Positions 19,118 to 29,345 of a stretch of 64,000 bases of DNA are shown one piece after another (within the stretch, counting starts at the first letter, position 1; each line of letters starts with the position of its first letter). Made by a program: the position numbers and the translations under genes. Under the pieces are notes generated by a model that was not told the DNA's origin, did not search any database, and was given only the letters and a program-made list of their open reading frames with translations. The DNA is from a bacterium (GTDB taxonomy: Bacteria > Zhuqueibacterota > Zhuqueibacteria > Residuimicrobiales > Krinioviventaceae): positions 320,001-384,000 of the forward strand of contig CAXXMD010000002.1 of assembly GCA_963675755.2 (NCBI GenBank), in the 5' to 3' direction.

Positions 19118-20470
19118 TTACCATTTCCATTTCAATGGGATGTTTACCAGATCAGCTATTTTGATGCGTTCACCCGTTTGAATGGATTTTCTTGCTGCAA
19201 TTCCAATCAGGCTAGACATAACTCCAGCCCGGCTGCCTGCCAGTTTGGATAGGGGATCGGTTTCACCCGGTACAAATAATAATCGTTTCAATTTTGCATC
19301 AGCGCCACCGTGTTCACCTTCTCCTTCTTGCAGAGTCCATTTACGGGATTTACCAAAACTTTCAGAATAGCGCAATTCTGTATCATATTCAACATCCCAG
19401 GCTTGTCTCTGGAAATTGCGTATATCCAATCTGCCGTTTTCACCATTAAAATGAATAGATTGCCCTTCATAAGGAGCATAAGCATTCAAAGTATACGCTA
19501 ATATGACTCCGCTGTTATATTTGACTTCAACTGTCATTGAATCATAGGTATCTATATCATTGTCCCAAACACAACCATCCCGCAGGTAACCGTCAGCATC
19601 TTCATTGTTTACATACAAGTCAACCATGCGTTTACTTTTAGTAATGTCCCAGTAGAATTTACATTTGCTTGTAAAAGGACAGTTTCTGCAATTGCGTCCA
19701 CGGAACGCATTGTTCTTGCCGTAAAAATCGACTTTACCAAAGGCATGAACTTCGACAGGTTCAGCATCCAGCCACCAGTTCATTTGATCAAAATGGTGTG
19801 ATGCCTTGTGAACGAGCAAAGAACCGGAATATCTTGCCTTGCCATGCCATCTTCTGAAATAACTTGCGCCATGATCTATATCCAGATATTCATGATATTC
19901 TGCAGAAATTATTCTGCCCATTTCTCCGGAAAGTATGAATTTCTTAATTTCTTCGGCATATGCTGAATGGCGTGCGTTAAAGGTTGTTGTAACGGTTTTA
20001 CCTGTTCTAATTTCTGCATCCAGTAATTTTTGGCCTTGTTCCGCTTCTGTCGCTAGTGGTTTTTCAGACATGGCGTTGCAACCCAGTTCCAAAGTTTTTA
20101 CAACATATTGTGCGTGAAAACAATCGGGTGTTGTTATAATAACCGTATCCGGTTTGGTTTCCTTTACCATTTTTTCAAAGTCTTTGGCCTGGTAAAGCGG
20201 CGCATTGGTATCAATGTATTTTTGTGCATATTTTACCCGTTTGGGATTTATATCGCACAAACCAACCATTTCAATATGATCGGGTAATTGTTGTAGCAAT
20301 CTGCGTCCCCAGGTTTCGCTTCCGCGTGAACCGGTTCCAATCAATGCAATTCGGGTTTTTTCTGTGGATGCTTGAGCGTTTTTTATAGACCCCATTGCTG
20401 CTGCAGCAGCAACCAGCTTTGTTCCTTGCCCCAAAAATTCTCTGCGTGCCATATTTGATTTTTCAGACAT
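19118..20470 (-). CDS. Tat-exported Gfo/Idh/MocA family oxidoreductase
   Basis: ARREFL signal; IALIGTGSRG; SEKPL; HGASYFRRWH; LLVHKASHHFD; HGGAD. Confidence 0.9.
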   Translation of the reverse strand: MSEKSNMARREFLGQGTKLVAAAAAMGSIKNAQASTEKTRIALIGTGSRGSETWGRRLLQQLPDHIEMVGLCDINPKRVKYAQKYIDTNAPLYQAKDFEKMVKETKPDTVIITTPDCFHAQYVVKTLELGCNAMSEKPLATEAEQGQKLLDAEIRTGKTVTTTFNARHSAYAEEIKKFILSGEMGRIISAEYHEYLDIDHGASYFRRWHGKARYSGSLLVHKASHHFDQMNWWLDAEPVEVHAFGKVDFYGKNNAFRGRNCRNCPFTSKCKFYWDITKSKRMVDLYVNNEDADGYLRDGCVWDNDIDTYDSMTVEVKYNSGVILAYTLNAYAPYEGQSIHFNGENGRLDIRNFQRQAWDVEYDTELRYSESFGKSRKWTLQEGEGEHGGADAKLKRLLFVPGETDPLSKLAGSRAGVMSSLIGIAARKSIQTGERIKIADLVNIPLKWKW

Positions 20471-20780
20471 TATAGACTCCCTGTAATATGGTTTAATGCC
20501 AATGATTTGTCTAAAAGAAAACAAGAACCAGATATTTATTTATAAAATAAAAATTTAAATTTCTTGTATAAGAACATCTTGATTGCACACAGATATATGT
20601 ATTTAAAATAGCCAATTTGTTATCATGAGTCAAGTATAAATATTGGCACATATTTGAGAAAATTATTTACAATCTGGATTCCATCAGAAATGTGATTTAT
20701 TGATTCATTTATTGCATTCATACAATTAAATGATTATTTTTATTTAATTCATTTATGAAAACACTTCAGTTGGAGGGATT

Positions 20781-21794
20781 TTGAAAAAGTTAACTTTCCT
20801 GCTAATTATCTTTATGATTTCTATTTTATCTTGTAAAAATGAACCTGTTAACAAGGGTAAACCTGCGCCAAAACCATTGTATCGTGATCCCATTTTTGAT
20901 GGTGCTGCTGATCCGGTTATATTGTGGAACCAGCAGGAACAAAAATGGTTCATGTTTTATACCAATCGTAGAGCAAAAGCCGAAGGGGAAACCGGAGTAA
21001 CCTGGGTACATGGTACACGTATTGGTCTTGCCGAATCTTTTGATAATGGAGCCACCTGGAGATACAGGGGTACATGTAAAATCCCTTTACGTACGGATGA
21101 AGATACCCACTGGGCACCGGAAGTTATTGAGCATGAGGGTATATACCACATGTACCTTACTTATGTACCCGGTATTTTTAAAAATTGGGACCATCCCCGT
21201 TATATTGAACATCTTACCAGTACAAACATGATCGACTGGAAATTAGAGTCCCGATTGAATCTGGTTAACGAAAAGGTTATAGATGCATGTGTTTTTCAAT
21301 TACCTGATGGAACCTGGCGTATGTGGTACAATAACGAGATTGACGGTAAATCCATTTATTATGCAGACAGCAAAGATCTTGATACCTGGGAAGATAAAGG
21401 CAAGGCTGTTGGTGACCAGAGTGGGGAAGGCCCCAAGGTTTTTTCATGGCATGATTCCTATTGGATGGTTACAGATGTATGGGATGGTCTTGCACTTTAT
21501 AAATCTGATGATCTGCTTGACTGGAAACGCATGCCCGGAAATTTACTCCAGGGACAGGGTACAGGAAAAGATGATGGTGCAAATGGCCAGCATCCGGATG
21601 TCGTTGTAAATAATGGTAGAGCCTATTTGTTCTATTTTACCCATCCGGGACGAGTTGATTCTATACCCCGTAGTGACTGGTATCAAAAACGACGCAGCTC
21701 CATTCAGGTTGTAGAGCTTTTATACAAAAATGGCGAGATCACATGTGATCGTGATCAAACCACTTTTATTGATCTTTTACCACCAACAAAATAG
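20781..21794 (+). CDS. GH43-like five-bladed beta-propeller glycoside hydrolase, lipoprotein
   Basis: Lipobox ILSC; GAADP, WAPEV, VIDA, GEGP, QHPDV. Confidence 0.8.
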   Translation: MKKLTFLLIIFMISILSCKNEPVNKGKPAPKPLYRDPIFDGAADPVILWNQQEQKWFMFYTNRRAKAEGETGVTWVHGTRIGLAESFDNGATWRYRGTCKIPLRTDEDTHWAPEVIEHEGIYHMYLTYVPGIFKNWDHPRYIEHLTSTNMIDWKLESRLNLVNEKVIDACVFQLPDGTWRMWYNNEIDGKSIYYADSKDLDTWEDKGKAVGDQSGEGPKVFSWHDSYWMVTDVWDGLALYKSDDLLDWKRMPGNLLQGQGTGKDDGANGQHPDVVVNNGRAYLFYFTHPGRVDSIPRSDWYQKRRSSIQVVELLYKNGEITCDRDQTTFIDLLPPTK

Positions 21795-21825
21795 ATTTAT
21801 TAGAGTTGATATTTTGGAGTTTGAG

Positions 21826-22797
21826 ATGAGAAAAGTATTTGTATTGAGTTTAATCCTGTATTCTATCCTTTTAGCACAACCCAAGGCAGAGAATATAAAT
21901 CTTGATGATATAAAAATGAGAGATGTCTGTATTTTAGCAGACGATGCAACGCAAACTTATTATATGATTGGGCCCGCATGGCGCAATGGTGTTAGAGTAT
22001 ACACCAGTAAGGATTTAAAAAACTGGTATGGACCTACTGTAATTTTTCAGGCTCCTGATGATATTTGGGGGGATATTGAAATTCGTGGTATCTGGGCACC
22101 CGAGTTGCATAAATACAAAGGGAAATATTACCTTTTTCTCACTTTTAATACCAATAACGAGTTCCCAGAACAATGGCGTGACTGGCTACCAAGAGTTACC
22201 CGCGGATCTCAGATACTTGTGGCTGATTCTCCCATGGGGCCTTATAAGCCCTTTCAAAATCGTTCTACACTTCCACCAGATATGATGACTCTGGATGGCA
22301 CTCTTTGGGAAGAGGATGGCACTCCTTTTATGGTATTTTGTCATGAATGGGTACAAATCAAAGATGGTACTGTGGAATATGTACAGCTGAAAGAAGATCT
22401 GTCAGAAATTATAGGTGAGCCTAAACGTCTATTTGATGGTAGTGATGCTGTCTGGAGTAAAAAATCCCAGCAATATGGATGTCATGTGACTGATGGTCCT
22501 TACCTCTATACAGGCAAGACAGGTAAACTTTATATGATCTGGACTAGCGGTGGATATACCAGATATACGTGTGGTATTGCTATTTCACCATCAGGCAAGC
22601 TGGAAGGTCCCTGGGAGCAACAGGAAGAACCTTTGTATGGTGAGGATGGCGGTCATGGTATGCTGTTTACTACATTTGACGGCAAACTGATGATGGTATT
22701 ACATTCACCCAATAACCGGGATGCGCAACCCAGACTTTTTGAACTGGAAGATACAGGTGAAACCTTAAAGGTTGTTACACCTTTTACTGGTCGTTAA
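21826..22797 (+). CDS. Glycoside hydrolase family 43 protein
   Basis: MRDV, WAPELHKYKGKYYLF, TLDGTL, VTDGP, DGGHGMLF. Confidence 0.88.
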   Translation: MRKVFVLSLILYSILLAQPKAENINLDDIKMRDVCILADDATQTYYMIGPAWRNGVRVYTSKDLKNWYGPTVIFQAPDDIWGDIEIRGIWAPELHKYKGKYYLFLTFNTNNEFPEQWRDWLPRVTRGSQILVADSPMGPYKPFQNRSTLPPDMMTLDGTLWEEDGTPFMVFCHEWVQIKDGTVEYVQLKEDLSEIIGEPKRLFDGSDAVWSKKSQQYGCHVTDGPYLYTGKTGKLYMIWTSGGYTRYTCGIAISPSGKLEGPWEQQEEPLYGEDGGHGMLFTTFDGKLMMVLHSPNNRDAQPRLFELEDTGETLKVVTPFTGR

Positions 22798-22946
22798 TTA
22801 TTTTTCCCCTTTTTTGGGGTTCTGAACTTGCTATATACGTATTGAACTAAAAAATAAAAGTTTATACTTGTGTTGTATTGTATAATTTGTATTTTAATTT
22901 TATAGAGTGTATATGGGTAGTTGAATATCGGTTCCAGGGAGTGGAT

Positions 22947-25340
22947 ATGAAACCGGGTTTCAAGATCGTTTTATCAAGCTTTTGTTTTGGCATAGTTTTC
23001 TGGATAGCAGACAGTTTTATTGATTATTACTTTTTTTACAAGCAACCCTTTCTGGATTTGTTTATTTTATCTATTCCTCCTATTGAAATCTTTAAACGAA
23101 CAATGGTTTTTTTATTGTTTACCCTCTTTGGCTTTTTTATTTCACTGGTTTTAAAAAAACGATCGATTGTTGAAAAAGAAGTTTTAAAATTTAAAACCAT
23201 TTCCGATAATGCAATGCATGGCAATGCTATCAGTGATATGGATGGCAATCTGGTTTATGTTAATGAATACTTTGCTAAAATACATGGTTACAATGCTGAT
23301 GAATTGTTGGGGAAAAACCTGTCTGTTTTACATAATCAAGATCAATTAAATCCGGTTTATTATACAATTGAATCAATAAAAAATAAAGGGTATTTTGATA
23401 TTACCGAAATTTGGCATACCCATAAAGATGGTCATACATTTCCCATGCTAATGAATGGTATGGTTATTAACAATATAATGGGTGAACCTGAATTTATGGC
23501 TGCAACTGCCATTGATATTTCTGATCGAGTTCATGTTCAAGAGGAGTTGAAAAAGAATCAACGTAAGCATTCAGCAATGCTTGAAAATATTTCTGATGTC
23601 ATTGTAATTATTGATAAAGATGCTATTATACGATATAGCAGCCCTAATGTTGAAAAGTGGTTTGGCTGGAATGCTCATGAGGCGATTGGTAGACATGCTT
23701 TAGATTATATCTATCCGGATGATCATGATAAAACAATTGAATTTATCAAAAAAATACAATCGAAAAAAGGTGCAATTGAAGAATATATTTGTCGGTATAA
23801 TTTAAAAGATGGAACTTTTAAATGGGTCAAATTCATTGCGAACAACTTGTTACATGATCCAAACATCGACGGGATATTGGTCAGTTATCATGATATTACA
23901 GATCGATTTAATGAAGAAATTAAGCAAAAAATTTCAAAAATCAGGTGGATACAAGCCCAAAGAATAGCTAAAATTGGTCATTGGGAGTATGATATAATTA
24001 ATGACTGTATTTGGGGTTCTGTCGAAGCTTTTAAAATTTATGGAATACCTCTGGATCTTGAAACAAATCCGGATCAGATATTATCTTTAAAAGCTGTTGA
24101 AGATTGTATTCCGGATACGGAACGGGTTCATCAAGCACTGGTTGATTTAATTACAACTAATAAACATTATGAACTCGAATACAAAGTAGTAAGAGCTGAT
24201 AATGGTAAAGAAATAATTATCTATTCACGTGCTGATTTGTTTTTTGATTCAGATAATAACCCTACCAAAGTTATTGGTACCATACAAGACATAAGTGCTC
24301 GAAAGAAAATTGAAGAATATTTGCGAGAAAATAACCAAAAAATGGAAGGTATTTTCCGTGCAGCTCCCATTGGGATTGGTGTTACCGTAAATCGAGAAAT
24401 CTTGCAAGTAAACGACTTTTTTTGTGAAATGCTTGGTTATTCAACTGAAGAACTTGTCGGCCAAAATGCAAGTATTATTTATAAATCAAAAGAAGATTAT
24501 GAATATGTTGGCAGAGAAAAATATAAGCAAATTCAGGAAAAAGGTACCGGGAGTGTTGAAACACAAATGAAATGCAAAAATGAAAAAATAATTGATGTTT
24601 TTCTAAGTTCAACCCCCATTGAAATATCAGATATATCACACGGTGTTGTGTTTACTGCAATGGATATTACAAAACGAAAAAAAGATGCAGAGCAAATTCA
24701 ACAGGATTTACAAGAAAAACAGGTTTTATTAAAGGAAATTCATCACCGAGTGAAAAACAATCTTCAGGTTATCAGCAGTCTTTTGAATTTACAATCGGAC
24801 AAAATTGATGATAGTGAAATCGCCGTAGTTTTTAATGAAAGCAAGAACCGTATATACTCAATGGCATTGGTACATGAACAACTTTATAAATCAGATGATT
24901 TGGCTTGTATTGATATGAAATATTATATCGAAAGATTAACAAGAGATCTTAAAAATTCATTTGCTCCCTTGAAGGATATTGAATATAAAATTAATGTAGA
25001 AAATGTATTTTTTGATATAAATCAAGCCATTCCCTGTGGATTATTGTTAAATGAATTGATCAGTAACGCGTTCAAACATGCTTTTCCTAATGGCGATAAA
25101 GGTGCAATAAATATTTCTCTGGTTTTGCATAATGAAACAGATTGCAAGTTAACAGTACAGGATGATGGTGTTGGCATTCCAAATGATTTTGATATTGAGA
25201 AATCTGATTCATTAGGCATGAGTTTAATTTATATGTTGACGAAACAACTTGGTGGAAACTTGACAGTAGAGAATGATAGTGGAACGAAATTTTTAATAAA
25301 TATAAATAAAGAAAATCCCTCCAAAGCGATTTTATTTTAA
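22947..25340 (+). CDS. Multi-PAS sensor histidine kinase (HisKA_2 type)
   Basis: Two N-terminal TM helices; ~4 PAS/PAC domains; LLKEIHHRVKNNLQVISSLL; NELISNAFKHAF; DDGVG; SLGM. Confidence 0.92.
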   Translation: MKPGFKIVLSSFCFGIVFWIADSFIDYYFFYKQPFLDLFILSIPPIEIFKRTMVFLLFTLFGFFISLVLKKRSIVEKEVLKFKTISDNAMHGNAISDMDGNLVYVNEYFAKIHGYNADELLGKNLSVLHNQDQLNPVYYTIESIKNKGYFDITEIWHTHKDGHTFPMLMNGMVINNIMGEPEFMAATAIDISDRVHVQEELKKNQRKHSAMLENISDVIVIIDKDAIIRYSSPNVEKWFGWNAHEAIGRHALDYIYPDDHDKTIEFIKKIQSKKGAIEEYICRYNLKDGTFKWVKFIANNLLHDPNIDGILVSYHDITDRFNEEIKQKISKIRWIQAQRIAKIGHWEYDIINDCIWGSVEAFKIYGIPLDLETNPDQILSLKAVEDCIPDTERVHQALVDLITTNKHYELEYKVVRADNGKEIIIYSRADLFFDSDNNPTKVIGTIQDISARKKIEEYLRENNQKMEGIFRAAPIGIGVTVNREILQVNDFFCEMLGYSTEELVGQNASIIYKSKEDYEYVGREKYKQIQEKGTGSVETQMKCKNEKIIDVFLSSTPIEISDISHGVVFTAMDITKRKKDAEQIQQDLQEKQVLLKEIHHRVKNNLQVISSLLNLQSDKIDDSEIAVVFNESKNRIYSMALVHEQLYKSDDLACIDMKYYIERLTRDLKNSFAPLKDIEYKINVENVFFDINQAIPCGLLLNELISNAFKHAFPNGDKGAINISLVLHNETDCKLTVQDDGVGIPNDFDIEKSDSLGMSLIYMLTKQLGGNLTVENDSGTKFLININKENPSKAILF

Positions 25341-25479
25341 CTTTATAAAAAAGCTTTTAATTGTATTTTTTATATTTCATCTACTTGTTCCCATTAATCA
25401 AAAATTTCTCGTAATCGTTAGTATATTGTTAAATAATTACTATATTTTGTAATCAATCAAAATTATTTTTTTCAGGGAT

Positions 25480-26706
25480 ATGAAAATGAAAAGAATCAAG
25501 GCAGTTGTACAATCCATCGGTCCGGGATTCATCACTGCTTCAGTCGTTCTGGGACCCGGTAGTATAGCAGTTGCTTCGCGAATTGGTTCAGTTTATGGAT
25601 ACGCTTTATTGTGGATCATATTAATAGCTGCGATTAGCATGGGTGCATTTACTGCCATGAGTACAAGATTTGCAATTGCAACTGATCGTTCTATTTTAGA
25701 AACAATTAAAAGTGAATACGGAAAAGGATTTACTATACTCATTGGTATTTCAGCTTTTATGGCAGCTGCCAGTTTTCAATTTGGCAATAATCTGGGCATA
25801 GCCACAGCCATGCAGGGATTAACAGGTATTGGAACATTTATCTGGCCTCTTGTTTTTACGCCATTGGGTTTGGTCCTTTTATTTTGGGCTAAAAATGTAT
25901 ATTCAATTATTGAAAAATTAATGATGGTTCTAGTAATGATCATGATCCTGGCTTTTATAACCAATTTGTTTTTTGTAAAACCCCACCTCTTTCATGTCTT
26001 GAAAGGATTTAATCCTTTCTCATTTCAAACCCGTCAGTTAGATGAAATCGCCGCACTGGTTGCAACAACATTTAGCTTGAATGCTTGTATATACCAGTCA
26101 TATCTGGTAAGCAATAAAGGATGGAAATTCAAAGATCTCAAAGCCAGTATGCGTGATACAATCGCAGGCATAACTGTATTAGGTTTAATATCAAGCTTTA
26201 TTATCATAACTTCAGCAACTGCGTTAAAACCCCAGGGAATTACCGTTGCAACGGCAGGGGATATGGCTATTCAACTTGAATCCTTGTTTGGAAGTTCTGC
26301 TAAATATATTTTCAGTTTGGGATTGTGTGCCGCAGCGTTTTCTTCACTGTTAGTAAATGCTGTTATTGGTGGCGGTCTTTTGTCAGACAGTCTGGGATAT
26401 GGGCGATCCATGCAGGATAAAGTACCTAAAATATTGTCAGCTGTCATTATGCTAATTGGTATGACAATAGCTGTTTTTTTTAGAGGAAACATTGTCTATG
26501 CTCTGGTTATGGCCCAGGCATCTTCCTTGCTGGCAATACCCTCTGTGGGACTGGGATTGTTTTTAATTGCCAATAATAAAAAGGTAATGGGCAATTTAAG
26601 AAATACTACAACACAAAATGTTTTTGCTTTGTTTGGATTTGTGTTAATAATCATTATGGTGATATATATGTTTTTCAAATTGTTCAAAATGATCCAGGGA
26701 TTATAA
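25480..26706 (+). CDS. Nramp-like (APC-fold) membrane transporter
   Basis: IGPGFITASVVLGPGS, GYALLW, FQFGNNLG, AAAFSSLLVNA; ~11 TM helices. Confidence 0.8.
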   Translation: MKMKRIKAVVQSIGPGFITASVVLGPGSIAVASRIGSVYGYALLWIILIAAISMGAFTAMSTRFAIATDRSILETIKSEYGKGFTILIGISAFMAAASFQFGNNLGIATAMQGLTGIGTFIWPLVFTPLGLVLLFWAKNVYSIIEKLMMVLVMIMILAFITNLFFVKPHLFHVLKGFNPFSFQTRQLDEIAALVATTFSLNACIYQSYLVSNKGWKFKDLKASMRDTIAGITVLGLISSFIIITSATALKPQGITVATAGDMAIQLESLFGSSAKYIFSLGLCAAAFSSLLVNAVIGGGLLSDSLGYGRSMQDKVPKILSAVIMLIGMTIAVFFRGNIVYALVMAQASSLLAIPSVGLGLFLIANNKKVMGNLRNTTTQNVFALFGFVLIIIMVIYMFFKLFKMIQGL

Positions 26707-26762
26707 GTGAAATTTTGTAAATCTAATTGATTTAATTATCTAGTATTCTAGAGATGGCTTTT

Positions 26763-28805
26763 ATGAAAAAAATTTTAATGCTTGTTTTGCCCATATATCT
26801 ATTCAATTGTGCCCCAAAAGATTTGTCAAACACAGTTCAATATAGTGATGAATTGTGTAAATTAGAGTATAATAATCCGGGATTACTGGTTGATCTGGAT
26901 GCTGGTTTTAAAGCCTTACCCATGCCAATGGATTTTGATGGTGATGGAGATACGGATTTATTGATTTCAGAATCGGGTAGTTATGCAGAATCCGGAATAT
27001 TTTATTTTGAGAATATTAGTGGAAATGTGGAAATGCCGGTTTTCAGGCGGGCAATGAAAGTTTCCTATGAAAGAAGACGCTTGGGCTCTGATGGAAGTGT
27101 GTTCCAGGTATCAACCTTGAACGGTGGAACGCATGTAATCACCCCGGATAATGTACGCGAAAAACTTTTGATATATCGTAATGTACCACAGAATGTTTTC
27201 TGGGATGTGAATGAGATTATGCTACCCGATAAGGGATATGATTATTTGCACAGTTTTAAATTAACCCAATGGCTATTGATAGATTTTGATGGAGATGGTA
27301 TCAAGGATCTGTTGTGTGCTGCTACCAGTCCGCATATAACAACCCTGCGTGGTGTAGGTTCTTTGCAGAGACAACAAGCTTTTGAAAAATTCCCCAAACA
27401 TTCCCAGTTGTTATATTTCAAAAATAAAACCAATAACATTAATCCGGATTTTGCGGATCCAATAGAAATTTTGAAACAGAACGGAGAGTCTCTGGCAGCG
27501 AAACTCTCTATTAAACCTACCTTTGCTGATTATGATAATGATGGAGATGTGGACTATATTGCAATTGGTCAGGTTGACAAACAGTTTAAATTTTTTGATA
27601 ATATAGGAACACCACAAAAATATCGCTTTGCCGAAGGTGTTATAATTACCTTTAATGGGAATCCTGTTTGTATGGAATCTCGTGCTACGATTCATTCAAC
27701 TGCCATAGATTGGAATAAAGACGGTCTTGTTGACCTCATTGCCGGAGATGAAGATGGTAAAATCTCTTATTTGAAAAATTTGGGCAAGTCAGGGGATGGT
27801 GCTTTGCAATTTGAACCACCCCGTTTTTTTCAACAGGAGGCCAGGTATGTTGATTTTGGTGCATTGACTGCCCCACGTGTTTTTGATTGGGATGGCGATG
27901 GATTAACTGATATCATAAGTGGAAATGGTGTTGGACACATTGGTTTTATCAAAAATCTGGGTGGCAAGGTTCCGGTTTGGGATGCTCCCAAATTGCTGAC
28001 TGTAAATGATGAACCTATTCGAATTATTCCTGATGAAGCGTTATGGGGATACACTACGGTCGATGTTGCAGACTGGGACCATGATGCTCTGCCTGATATT
28101 TTGGTGAATCATCACCATGGGAATCTCTTGTGGTTTAAAAATATCGGTACACGCACATCCCCCAATCTGGCAGAACCGCAACCTGTTACTGTACAATGGG
28201 GAGAAAAAGGTCCTTCAAGGCCGGCATGGGTACCCGGAACGGCACAGGACAATGAATTGCTTGCACAATGGAGAACATCACCACTGGTATGTGATTTTAA
28301 TGAGGATGGTCTCAATGATCTTGTAATGTTGGACCATGAGGGATATCTTGCAGTTTATATGCGGTATCGTGATGAGGACGGTACATTGCAGCTTAATCCT
28401 CCTGAACGGCGATTTGTTTATCCTTCTGGCGAACCCATTTTGCTGAATCAGCGTACAGGTTCCAGTAGCGGTCGTTTAAAAATAACATTTGCTGACTGGG
28501 ATGGTGATGGCCTGGATGATTTGATTGTTTCATCCAAACCTGCGGTTGACTGGATGAAAAACATGGGGAATCAGGATGGTAATATGGTCCTGCAATATAT
28601 GGGAAGGGTATTATCCCGAACCCTTATGGGGCATACTGATGGTCCTGTTGTTTCTGACTGGAATCAGGATGGGATTCCTGATCTTTTGGTTGGCACAGAG
28701 ACAGGTACATTTTATTACTGGCAGCGCAGCAGTTATGATATTACAACAACAATGACTACCGATGGAAAACAGGTACCTGCCAATTATCCATATTTTAAAA
28801 GGTAG
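26763..28805 (+). CDS. FG-GAP/VCBS repeat lipoprotein
   Basis: Lipobox LFNC; ~9 repeats of D(W/F)DGDGxxDL (DFDGDGDTDLL, DWNKDGLVDLI, DWDGDGLTDII, DWNQDGIPDLL). Confidence 0.85.
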   Translation: MKKILMLVLPIYLFNCAPKDLSNTVQYSDELCKLEYNNPGLLVDLDAGFKALPMPMDFDGDGDTDLLISESGSYAESGIFYFENISGNVEMPVFRRAMKVSYERRRLGSDGSVFQVSTLNGGTHVITPDNVREKLLIYRNVPQNVFWDVNEIMLPDKGYDYLHSFKLTQWLLIDFDGDGIKDLLCAATSPHITTLRGVGSLQRQQAFEKFPKHSQLLYFKNKTNNINPDFADPIEILKQNGESLAAKLSIKPTFADYDNDGDVDYIAIGQVDKQFKFFDNIGTPQKYRFAEGVIITFNGNPVCMESRATIHSTAIDWNKDGLVDLIAGDEDGKISYLKNLGKSGDGALQFEPPRFFQQEARYVDFGALTAPRVFDWDGDGLTDIISGNGVGHIGFIKNLGGKVPVWDAPKLLTVNDEPIRIIPDEALWGYTTVDVADWDHDALPDILVNHHHGNLLWFKNIGTRTSPNLAEPQPVTVQWGEKGPSRPAWVPGTAQDNELLAQWRTSPLVCDFNEDGLNDLVMLDHEGYLAVYMRYRDEDGTLQLNPPERRFVYPSGEPILLNQRTGSSSGRLKITFADWDGDGLDDLIVSSKPAVDWMKNMGNQDGNMVLQYMGRVLSRTLMGHTDGPVVSDWNQDGIPDLLVGTETGTFYYWQRSSYDITTTMTTDGKQVPANYPYFKR

Positions 28806-28812
28806 GAGCGTA

Positions 28813-29178
28813 TTGATCTTTTCTGTTCAATTTGTCGGATGTTGTGGTGCTTTTTGCAAAACCTGCCCAGAGTATATCAATTCGAAATGTAATGGATGCA
28901 AATTGGGTTATGCTGATGGCAATCGGGATATAAATAAAGCCAGATGTGAAATGAAACTCTGCTGTTTTAGAGATAAACAATTAGCTACGTGTGCAGATTG
29001 TTCTGAATTGTATACTTGTGAATTAATTCAATCCTGGTTCAGCAAAAAAGGCTACAAATACAGGAAATACCAGGAATCTATAAAATTCATTCGTCAAAAC
29101 GGATATGATCAATTTTTGGTCATTGCAAACAGTTGGAAGCGGCAATACGGAATGCTGGATTGGGACCCAAAACCGTAA
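28813..29178 (+). CDS. DUF3795-like Cys-rich protein
   Basis: GCCGAFCKTC, CNGC, CEMKLCC, TCADC pattern; TTG start after AGGAG. Confidence 0.75.
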   Translation: MIFSVQFVGCCGAFCKTCPEYINSKCNGCKLGYADGNRDINKARCEMKLCCFRDKQLATCADCSELYTCELIQSWFSKKGYKYRKYQESIKFIRQNGYDQFLVIANSWKRQYGMLDWDPKP

Positions 29179-29345
29179 AGACTTTTCTACATTTATTGTA
29201 AAAGAACAAGGATTATACTGAAAAAATAATCATTGTTCTTTAGACATGATTCTCTTATTTTATAATTTAAATAGCATTTCAAAATTTACAAATCCCTAAA
29301 CGATAGTTTTGCATTTTTGTTGTGAAATCCAAAATGAGGCTCCCT

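Noticed and set aside
20643-20657. TTGGCACATATTTGA as a sigma54 promoter
   Set aside because: Spacing is one base short and the -12 GC is absent
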